Source: Selaginella moellendorffii
Taxonomy: Eukaryota > Plantae > Lycopodiophyta
Reading direction: 5' to 3'
Assembly (NCBI RefSeq): GCF_000143415.4
Contig: NW_003314268.1
Location: 55,291 to 119,290, forward strand
Length of the DNA: 64,000 bases
The notes beneath the pieces were generated by a model, which was given only the letters and a program-made list of their open reading frames with translations, had not been told where the DNA came from and ran no database searches. Position numbers and translations under genes: made by a program. How positions within the stretch are numbered: the stretch's first letter is position 1; each line of letters starts with the position of its first letter. This document shows, one piece after another, positions 54,612 through 64,000 of this stretch.

Positions 54612-55629
54612 AGAATTTCATTTCGTGTGGTAATCGCCTACAAAAAGTGAAGAAATAATAAAAGAATTTCATTTCTTGTGGTAAAAACATCCAAAAGCTT
54701 TTGTTTGTTCTAACTAGCAAGTCGCTGTCTCTCCCTGCGTTGGAGGATTCTTCTCTTGGATTTCTTATCCTTGCTCCGCTTCTCCTTCACGTCCACCCAG
54801 GTGGAGTCGGGGCCGTGATCGTCCGCCACCGCTGACGAGCTTGCCTGGCTGTGCCTGCGCTTGAGGAGCGTCGCCCTCCTTGGCTTCGCGTCTTTGGAGT
54901 GAGTGGCGTGGAAAACTCCTCCGACGGTGTCTGATCTCATCAAAGCGAGTGAAAGTCACGACTGGCATGGTGCCAACTCAAGAATTGATAGCAGGAAGAT
55001 GGTGAGGAGGTGGAAATTTTGACAAAGTAATAAACTGCACTGCATTGCATTACAGAAGAGAGATAGATAGATAGTTCGTGGGCTGCAGCAACACCACGAG
55101 TGGGCCGCGGCGCCACCAGCGGCGCCGCTGGGCATAGATCACGGTGGTGCTTTCTCTCCTCCTCCTGACAGCCTGGAATGGGGCGCCTTGACCTCGTCCA
55201 CTCTCCAAAGCCCACTCCACGCATCACGCTTACAAGCTCCGGCGCAGTGGTGCTCTGCCGATTGGAGTAGCGGCCGCCATGGATTCTCCGGCAAGGGCCT
55301 CAACTGGTAAGATTATCTTTCTTCTTCCTTTTTTCTCTAGATTTTGTTCTTGCCTGTATAGGTGCATCCAAAACAGCCAAGTTCTTGGCATATCACCCAG
55401 ATGATCCGTGGATGTGAGCTCGATTTGCAGTTGTTCGCGGATTTTGCTCACGTTGGGGACGACGCCGGCATTTTTGCTGGTGTGGTTCCAGGTATTTAAA
55501 AACTTGTATAGTTCATTTCGAGCTTGGGAAGTTTTCTCTTCACTTTTCGTTTCTTGATGGAGATGTTCCTTTGCTATGGAAGGATTGCCAGAAGCGTGGA
55601 TGCTCAGTAGCCTGATTTAGACACCATGC

Positions 55630-55750
55630 CATACTGAGAAAGAAGTGGAAGCAACGCCCGTTTTCCGCTGCCGTTGCATTCTCTTTGATTAGGGAGATTG
55701 CCGACTCGAGGCAGGCAGGCCACAAAAGCGAAAGGCGTAAGCAGCAATTT
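55630..55750 (-). pseudogene. Inverted partial paralogue of the 53919-54611 ORF
   Basis: CLESAISLIKENATAAENGRCFHFFL versus CLQSGISLIKEDATPVEKGRCFHFLL. Confidence 0.75.
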
Positions 55751-56708
55751 TGAAACTCAAAGTGATCAACATTATATATTCTTTAGATTCCCTGGAATGC
55801 CTTGAGTCGGCATTTGCTGCACACAAGTGACACAAGGTGTTCTGCAACTTGCCACGATAAATAATCATATGTATGTTTGTTCATACAAGTCAAGCTGATT
55901 CTGACATTTTGCTACATGAATAGCAACGGGAAACAAAACTTCGTGATAAAACCAAATGGCAATTGAACATCTTGATTTTACATGGGGATTTGATATTTTA
56001 GTTATAATTTCTTTGTGCTTGTTCTCTGCTCGCTAGTGTTCTTACGATCCAGGGGTGCCTAAGCAGTTGCTCCACAGTCAGCCTCTTGCCCGGATCAACC
56101 TCCAACATCCAAATGATCAAATCCTGAGCCTCCCTCGACACACCCACGGTCCAAGCTCTTCAACAACATAAGCACTGTGGTATTCTGAGAACGGCCCGGA
56201 CAAGCTCATAGAGAATGAGCTCGAGGCCCCACAGAAACCGCATCTTGAGTGTAGTTGCTTCTCGCCAGCCCTAAGAACATCCGGTGACAAATATACTCGC
56301 AAGCCCAAAATCTGACAGCTTAACCTGGTGTCACCATAACATTGTCTAACTTCATATCCCACCCTGAGGTTGTGAACCGCCTCTTTAACTTGTATTGGAG
56401 TGTGCATGAGCAGAGCTCCAAGATTAGAGATCCCCACCAGCTGTACTTGGTCCTCGATTATGTTGCATAGCAAGCCCGCTCATGTGGTTTGAGAAAACTA
56501 TTAAGTTTCACTGTCTAGAGTTTGAAAGGTTATGTAAAGCAAATTGATAATGAATATACCTAGAATATATTTGAATGTTTTAAGATATTCTACCATCTAA
56601 TAATCTTTTATTAATAATTTATAAACAATGTGCATAATTTATAACTAATAGTACTCTTGCCAAATTATTTTATTGTTGTTAATAATAAACTCTTAGGGTT
56701 TCAGGGCC

Positions 56709-57188
56709 ATGGTGAGGTTGAGCTCGCTCAACGACGCTGCGCGGCTGGGCAGGAAGAATGCGGTGATCAGGCCGTCGTCAAATCTGGTGCTGAGGTTCCT
56801 GGAGGTGATGAAGAAGCAAGGTATGGGGATCGGATCGCTTTGGGTGATTGGAGTGTTTCCATGTCGAAGCAGGGTTTGTGGAAAATTTCCAGAGGCACGG
56901 CGGACACACTCCAGGGCACATCACCGTCGAGATCACGGACAAGCTCAAGAAATGCGTGCTGCTGTCCCAGCGATTTGATACGAAGTCGCGCAGGATCGAT
57001 GCGTGGGCGAGACAAATTCTCCCAGCTCCAGAGGTAGAATAAGAAGCATGAATTTTTTTTATGCTAAAATCCTTTTTTGTTCTTGGAAGGTTGGTCACCT
57101 TGTGATCACGAATTTCCTGGGTGTCATGGATCACCGAGAAGCCAAGAAAAAGAACCTTGGTGGCCGGATTTTGGGATACTTCTACTGA
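56709..57188 (+). CDS. RPS15a: Divergent 40S ribosomal protein S15a (uS8) paralogue
   Basis: Exons 56709-56820, 56873-57033, 57090-57188 splice in frame: MVRLSSLNDA..IRPSS..FLEVMKKQGF..RFD..W..ILP..GVMDHREAKKKNLGGRILGYFY*. Confidence 0.85.
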
Positions 57189-57261
57189 TTTGGGATCGAA
57201 TTTTCTGTGGCAAGATCGAGGGAGCTTTGGATCAATCGGAGGGACAAAAACCCCAGCTTTC

Positions 57262-58914
57262 TCAAGCAAAGTTTGTGAGGACTTTTTTCACGAGATGTTC
57301 ACCGTAGACGACTGGCTTCTCCTCCTCTTTAGAGTTTCCAAGACAAAAACTTAAAGGCTCCACCTTTGTATCGAAATTTGGCTGGAAAAGAAAAAAGTTT
57401 GTCAAAAGTACACACCAAATTCTTTCACCTCGTAGAAAAATGGCACGGAAATTCTGAAATCCATGGCACTGTTGAGCACTCTGTGAAGAGTAGGCTGATA
57501 TAATCCATTGCTCCAGATCTAAAATCCCCCACAGCAAATTAAAAAGAAGTTTTTTGAGAGGAGCCTGGAAGATTATTTTGCGAGGACGTACTTTTAGCAT
57601 GTCACCAATGTTGACAACAAACGTTCCTGGCACAGGATCCGCCCACAGCCACTTTCCTGAGGAGTTTTTCACCTTAAGCACGGATCACACATAAGAAACT
57701 TAACAAAATCAAGCCAACATTCTTACCTGTAGAGCAGGAATTTCAGGATCTTGATTGACAAGAGTAAGCAGACCTGTAAGAACAAAGAACTCAAAAAAGA
57801 CCAATTGATATCGATCCAAACCTCACCGTAGTCAGTATGTTCACCACTAGAAACAAAGAACTCCAACAGTTAATACTTTTCTTTGGTCGGAAAGCGAAGG
57901 AGAACTTACCATCCTATTCCAAAACTTTCTGGACTCTCCAGTGAATCTTTCGGAGGATAACCAATGACTCGCAGTATCCAGAATGGATCCCCAGCTCTGG
58001 AGCCCTCAAAAGTGTCAGCTTCGCCACCCAAAGCCAGTGCTACCCCTCGCAATATCGCCTTTGACAATCCTACAAAGAAAAAAAGAAACGAGAGAACATA
58101 AACTTTTTGCCAGAAAGAAACTGTTTACCTCGCAATTGATCAACGTAATCCTCCATCACTGCACGAAAACGCTTTGGATTCTCTGGCCTACGAGAAGAGA
58201 ACGAAATGAAACCAAGATTAACTGCTGCTGGAGCTTTCTACCTTGGTGTTTACCATTGGTTTGGACCCATCACCGTTTTTGCGAGTTCTAGATCCTGGAT
58301 CTCTGGTCCAAATTCTCGAAAGTACTGCCAAAGGAGAAATTTCCCTGAGCATGAAAGCTTCGTCAACTTCAATGGAAACCTTACATCAATGGCTTCGTGA
58401 CAGTCGTGCATGCCATACGATACGTTTTCTCCAAGCTTTTGGTATCCCCTGGTTGAAAAAAAAAACTAAGAACGAGGATTTCTACCCAGCTCTTTACCGA
58501 TAGCCGCTGGAAGGAGTCATCTTGATTCGCATTTTCTCACAGTCTGGAAGCTTGAAAAATTCGTGGCTTAAACTCCGGACGTCGTCCATAAGCTCCCGAG
58601 AGACGCCATGGCCTGTCTGAAAGAAAAAAGGAGCGAGAAATTTGCTTGAATTCCGTGAAAGTAGATCGATCGATCGATCGCGAGAGTCTAAATCGTACCG
58701 CGTAGAAGAAGCCAATGTTCCTGCAAGCGTGATCGAGCTGCTCGATCACGTCTCTCACATCCGGAAAAGCGCCAAGGCCGGGATCATCGAATCGCCTCAC
58801 CAGTGGCTCCACATCTGGAAAAACGCAAGCGTGATAGATGGAAATCTTGCGCGCGCGAGGGGAATTTGGGAGCGTACCGATTGTAGGAATGGAGTCGAGA
58901 GCGTGGGGCGCCAT
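57262..58914 (-). CDS. 2-oxoglutarate/Fe(II) dioxygenase, DIN11/DOXC23-like
   Basis: LDHACRNIGFFY, GHGV..KMTPSSGYRGYQKLGENV..HEAID, AGDPFWILRVIGYP, HTDYG (20-nt exon 57846-57827), VNIGDMLK, LHRV, VYGEHLVKKVLTNF; collinear with the recalled At3g50210/DIN11-type sequence. Confidence 0.9.
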
Positions 58915-59880
58915 AGCCAGACGATGCCGCTGAATATGCCCTAGATAGAATATTCGTTATTTTGGTGTCTGTAAGCCCTAATATTAGTTCCTTTCAACCC
59001 TTGTAATGAGGATGAAAATCTCTTTACTAGATTGAGTAATTATTTTGATTAACTAAAGCTACAGATTTTAGTATCTCTTGTTGTCATAGCTTCTAAGGTG
59101 ACCTCTAAAACAATCCAAGCTTATCCAGCCTAAGCCTCCATGATGACAACCCAAAACATGTATTATAACTAAGAAATGTACTGCAAACAGGTGTTTAATT
59201 AAAGTATATTTTACTTAATTATTTTAAACTAATCTGATACTGCAAATGCATTGTTTGTGGTCCCAAATTGCTCCTTTTCAGTGAATTATTGTCAAAGACA
59301 AGCCCATGCCTGGTAGAAACACTGTGATGAGATAGCTGTAAAAGAAAAATAGCCTCAGTGTAAGTTCTGCAAGCCTTACCACAAACTGATGTCTGCCACT
59401 TAAAAGTACTACTTGGACAAAGTTTCAAATTAAACTCCCACGTGGCATCATCGCCGTCGCCCGTTCTCACACTCAACGGCTGCGATCCGCCCAGGCGCCA
59501 GACTGTTGGTGTCAGTCGTGAAACAGTTTAAAAACAATTTTCCCGCATTAAAAAAGTTTTTTTACTCTTGTTCAAAAACACTGGGACCAATAAACTACCC
59601 GGGAAAAATCCCGGAAATTTGATTTTCCCCAGTGTGAAAGCGCCCTCTCATATCGTGGGTTTCAGCGTGGCCGTCGGATGGAGGGCATCGACGGCCAGGA
59701 TGGGGCCACCGAGGCGGGAAAATAAAGGGCAATGGAGTCTAGTTAGCGTCTCTCGTGTGTTCTTCGAGCGTGTGTGAAAGAGTGAGAGCACCGAAAGCTT
59801 TGGAGAGAGTTTTCATTGCATGTGAAAGCTCTTGGGGATTTTTATTTCGAGTTCCAGGCTCCAGCAGCGGTGAGGAGGAG

Positions 59881-59902
59881 CGGCGGCGGCGGCGGCGGCG
59901 GC
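59881..59902 (+). repeat. (CGG)7 trinucleotide repeat upstream of the ZF-HD gene
   Basis: Directly visible. Confidence 0.9.
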
Positions 59903-60753
59903 GCTCGATTTCACGGCGATGGCGCTTGCTCCAGGTGATGCGGTGCTGGATCGATCGATCTAGCCCCGCGTCGTGCAGCCGGCGGGGCTTGGTAGGAGCC
60001 GAATCGCCACTTCGCAAGCGCTGTGTCGGTAATATTAATTGCTGCTGCTGCTCGATCTCTCCTCGTTTGCTTTCTTCCATATTTCGATCGATCTCTTCCC
60101 GCTGTGCTTGATTTCTCGTCGTGCGTCAGTGCTGTGGGGACCAGGAGTGTGGATTTCTTTTTTCTTTCTCTCGCTTTTCTCTCTCAAGTGATCTAGCCAG
60201 TGTTTTAGCTCGATAGTCTCCTCGCAGTTCTTCCAAAACCCTGCCAGTCTTTTTTTTCCTTGACATTCCTCCTCCATACATAACAAATCTCCCTTCTTTT
60301 CCTTCTCTCCTCATCCCTGAGAGTTTAAAAAATCTGGTGTGCCAGTTTCTGTTTGTCTGTCTGCTTCCACTCCCTTCTTCTCTCTCTTCATCATCGAAAT
60401 TCCTGTGCTGCGCTTATCCTAAGCTGGGTTGGCTCTCAAATCTCCTAAGAGGCGGCCTAGCAGCAGCGAACTGGAATCCCACGATCATGCTCAGACGTGC
60501 TGGCAGGAGTAATGTCCGGTGTAGCTAGCTGGGCCGAAGCAGGGAAGAGGGTAGTGAGTAGCTCCTGAGGATGACGAGATCTAGCAGATGGCAGGAGGCA
60601 GGCAATCTGGAAAGCTTTGGGCACAGGTTATAGACTCGAGAAGATGGTGGCTGTAGCTCAGTGACCGCAAAGTCATCTCTAAAGTTCCAAGCTAGCACGA
60701 CTCTCAGCAGGCAGGTAGCCACTGATCACTCTCGAGGACCACTCTCGAGAGCA

Positions 60754-61449
60754 ATGGATTTGGGTGGCCATGAAGAAGACATTCCCATTCCAATTTCAGC
60801 GCAGTTCAGTGCCGCGGCGATACACGAGACTGCAGCCAAGCTCAAGCTCCTGGCGAGTGGGAATGGAACGCCAGCGGCTCAAGTGGGAAGCGGTGCTGCA
60901 GTCGTTGTCGTCTCCGGGGAGGCGGGGGCGGCGGCGGCGGCAGGGGGTGACAGCAAAAGCAAGCGTCCAGTGAGGTACACGCAGTGCTTGAAGAACCACG
61001 CCGCGGGTATCGGCGGGCACGCTCTGGATGGGTGTGGAGAATTTATGCCGTGCGGAGAGGAAGGGACGCTGGATGCTCTCAAGTGCGCTGCCTGTGACTG
61101 CCACCGCAACTTCCACCGGCGGGAGGTGGAGGGCGAGCCCTCTTGCCTCGAGTGCCACCACCGGAAGGACAAGAAGCGGCTCATGCTGCCGTCGAGATCA
61201 GGGGAGCTGGACGATCAAGGAGTCTACATGCCAAACGCTGGAGGGCCTAATCTCAAAAAGAGGTTTAGGACGAAGTTCACGGGAGACCAAAAGGAGAGGA
61301 TGCTGGCATTTGCGGATAAGGTGGGCTGGAAGATCCAGAAGCACGACGAGGCCGAGGTCCAGCAGTTTTGTAACGAGGTGGGCGTCAAGCGTCACGTCCT
61401 CAAGGTGTGGATGCACAACAACAAGCACACGCTGGGGAAGAAGATGTAA
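60754..61449 (+). CDS. Zinc finger-homeodomain (ZF-HD/ZHD) transcription factor
   Basis: [42 protein letters not shown]; [36 protein letters not shown]; intronless CDS. Confidence 0.96.
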   Translation: MDLGGHEEDIPIPISAQFSAAAIHETAAKLKLLASGNGTPAAQVGSGAAVVVVSGEAGAAAAAGGDSKSKRPVRYTQCLKNHAAGIGGHALDGCGEFMPCGEEGTLDALKCAACDCHRNFHRREVEGEPSCLECHHRKDKKRLMLPSRSGELDDQGVYMPNAGGPNLKKRFRTKFTGDQKERMLAFADKVGWKIQKHDEAEVQQFCNEVGVKRHVLKVWMHNNKHTLGKKM

Positions 61450-63780
61450 GCTGGCCAGCCGGGGGGGGGATCATATATCTCAAGAGGTTTCCTCGTCTTC
61501 TTTTAGTCGCTTCGTTTGAGAGGTACATTGTTTTCTTTCTCTCCATTTTACTTTGCATTCTCAACTCTAGCTTTTGTCTGTGGGGAAGCTGCAGCGAGAA
61601 ACGCTTCAGGTTCTACCGCAGGGTTTTCTTTTAAAAACTTGACTCTCACCAGGCAAGAAAAGCATTCACTTGCTGATCAGAATTCCTTATGTTTTCGTTT
61701 GGCTTTCGCCATTCCACGCTCTAACGTTTTTGTAATTACATGTTCTAGGTGGTGCTACTGCTACCTGTTTATGTTCTAAAGACTCGCTCTCGCTCCCGCT
61801 CCCAGGTGTATCTCGTGCATGCGTCTCTTAAAGTTTGGGTGCGTTCTCGGCTCGCTGCGAGAGGGAATGAGATCTCTTCGGTAGGAACTTTCGGTAGGAA
61901 CTTTGTTGAGCTTTCATTCTGTTTGTCTCTGCTGCTTGCTTCGCTTCAGGAACCCTTCGTTGGTTTTTCCATCTTGGTTTCAAAGCTTGGTGTGGTGATG
62001 ATCAGCTGAGTTTCTTCTCTTCACTCTGACGTTTCCGGCAGCACGCCTTCGCTGCCTTGTACACTGTTCCGGAGGCGTGAAGGTGGAAATCAAATCCAAT
62101 GCTCCAGACTGGACGCGGCGGTGCAGCACACTTCATCATTTTCGGCATCAGACACCGAGACGGAGAGCGAGCAACAAAAGGTGACTGTTTTTTTCCTCTC
62201 GTTTTCTTTCGAGCGTTTTAAATGAACGTTTAATTCGATCAAAGTCTTCCCGAGCTGCTAATTCAGTTGTTGCTTTCCTTCGCAGAGAGAGCTTTAATCG
62301 CACATGTTTGGACGATGTATTAATGCACAGCTTACAAAAGGGTCGACGGAACGGACCCCGGGCCCCGGCTTGCCAGGCAGGGAAAGGACTGTCTGTGCTC
62401 ACTTGAAATTTTGGTTTCAGGTGATTGTCATGCACGAGACCTGGCTGGCTGCTGGCTGCAACAGCGCTCTGCACCACCACCTCATTGGAAAACGCAAAGG
62501 TTCTCCCTCTCTCTCATCTCGTTTTCTTTTGCAATTTTTTTCCACGATTTACCTTTTGCTTTTCGGGTGTAGGAGTGTGACCCTGACACACCGTCGCTTT
62601 CTCTGGCCGCACCGCAACAGCGTCTCGCTGCACTGCCACCGCCACAACCATTTGCTAGCTCGGACAGCTACGCGGCTAGGCTGCTTTGTCCCGTAAGTTT
62701 CAAGTAAGATAAGCTGGTGGCTAACTCTTCCCGCGCATAAATCCGTCCTATCAGGTCAGAGCTGCATACTTTGCATCGTTATTCTTGTGCCCGGCATTCG
62801 CATCGGATCCTGCCTGTGTTCTGTGAGACCTTCCAGCTTTTGCACTGTACTGATCTTTGCTGGCCTTTCGAGGGTTGGCCGATTGGAGAAAAGAAAGAGA
62901 AAGTGAGTAGCAAATCATGGTGAGCGTGTCGTGCGTGTGCTGGAAGTGCTGCTGCTTGTAGCGATGTGGGATATCACAGATTTCTTTTAAGCCCAGGTGT
63001 GGTGGTGGTTGCTCCCGCTCATGATGCTAAATCCATGAACTCATGACACACGCACAATAAACAACGGCTAAGCTCCTTCGCTCAGGTCAGTAATTGTCAA
63101 GTCGTTGTTTTGTTTTTAAGTCGATTGGATCTGATGGTCTCGCGCGCAGCCGACAAGAGTGGTAGCTAAAGATCAGCCAAACGAACCCCGGCGACCCGAG
63201 CAAGCTGGAGCTAGTAACGGACTACCTGAATGTAAGTAAAAGTAGCTATGCCGGCTTTGTTTTGTACTTATAGATGGTTTTCTTGTTGCTCCAGTAGCTG
63301 GCCAGCCAGAGCTGGACTGGATGGACGAACCAAAAGCAAAAAAAAAAAAAAGAAACGCTGCCTCGCTCAATCAACTTCACAGCTTTAATAGGTAAATTCT
63401 AGTTTTGCTCCACTGGATTATTAAAGTAATCCATGCGTTTGTGACGTGATCGTGGGGTGGTACAAATTCAACCACACTAACCACTGCCATGTTCTCTCGC
63501 CAGGACTCGTATAATCTCGGACGCGAGAGGGCAGCAGCAACAACAAGAACGAATAAAATAGGAGGTATTTGTCGTATGGTTTGTAGGACAGGCTTTTTCC
63601 TCCCCACAAAAAGATCTGATTCGCCACAGTGGTGCTGGTGGTGGTGTGGTGTTCTTCGCAGGGAAACACAGCGAGAGAGAAAGAGAGAGAAATAATATAA
63701 AAGAGCCAAAAGAGTCAGATTTCTAGAAGATCCCGGGCAGCGAGCGGGTGTTTGCGAAGAGCACTTGCGTGTTTTCCGGG

Positions 63781-63924
63781 CTAGAGGAAGATGCTGTCCT
63801 CGGCTGGCTGTGGCAATCTTTTGTTGTGGCTGGCGGCCATCTCTTTTCTCAGCTGCGTTAACACATCTTCCATCGTGAAGTCCGGCTTCCAGTCCGCAAG
63901 CATCGCAAAGTTCTTGCTGTCAAT
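63781..63924 (-). CDS. UEV1: Last coding exon of a ubiquitin-conjugating enzyme E2 variant (UEV1/MMS2); the rest lies beyond the window
   Basis: After a TTACAG acceptor: IDSKNFAMLADWKPDFTMEDVLTQLRKEMAASHNKRLPQPAEDSIFL*, matching the UEV1 C-terminus. Not in the ORF track. Confidence 0.85.
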   Translation of the reverse strand: MDSKNFAMLADWKPDFTMEDVLTQLRKEMAASHNKRLPQPAEDSIFL

Positions 63925-64000
63925 CTGTAAAGAAAAAATGCGTTAGCATCTTCTCCTCGACGAGGATCGAAACTGAAAGGAAATCAACAAATCTACTGCA

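Noticed and set aside
61450-63780. Long non-coding stretch between ZF-HD and UEV1, checked for conserved miRNAs
   Set aside because: No match by eye to conserved plant miRNAs I recall and no clear hairpin.

Overview
Eukaryotic plant nuclear DNA. The tiny 45-70 nt introns, very compact GC-rich gene blocks and a long S-repeat PLS-type PPR gene fit a lycophyte such as Selaginella best; this is an inference, not a database result. Genes in order: 3' half of a homomeric acetyl-CoA carboxylase with an in-frame nonsense codon, a decayed PWP2 copy split by a hAT transposase fragment, an AT-rich intronless secreted bulb-lectin ORF, two tandem tau-class GSTs in a segmental duplication that also copies the 3' part of an alpha/beta-hydrolase-like gene, a C2H2 zinc-finger gene, a PPR gene, a plastid sigma factor, alpha-COP, an orphan multi-pass membrane ORF, a divergent RPS15a, a DIN11/DOXC23-like 2OG dioxygenase, a ZF-HD homeobox gene and the last exon of a UEV1/MMS2 gene. 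Two TE islands (about 11-17.5 kb and 38-53 kb) hold Ty3/gypsy elements: an RT-less deletion derivative with 175-bp LTRs and a tRNA-Ala-type PBS, and a heavily C-to-T-decayed relative split by about 11 kb of nested insertions. The clearest unexpected signal is a complete 532-bp TRIM (195-bp LTRs, Met PBS, CATGT target-site duplication) whose LTRs carry a 5S rRNA internal-promoter segment, i.e. a Cassandra-like element, with a second decayed copy on the minus strand. All homology calls come from recalled family motifs; no searches were run.
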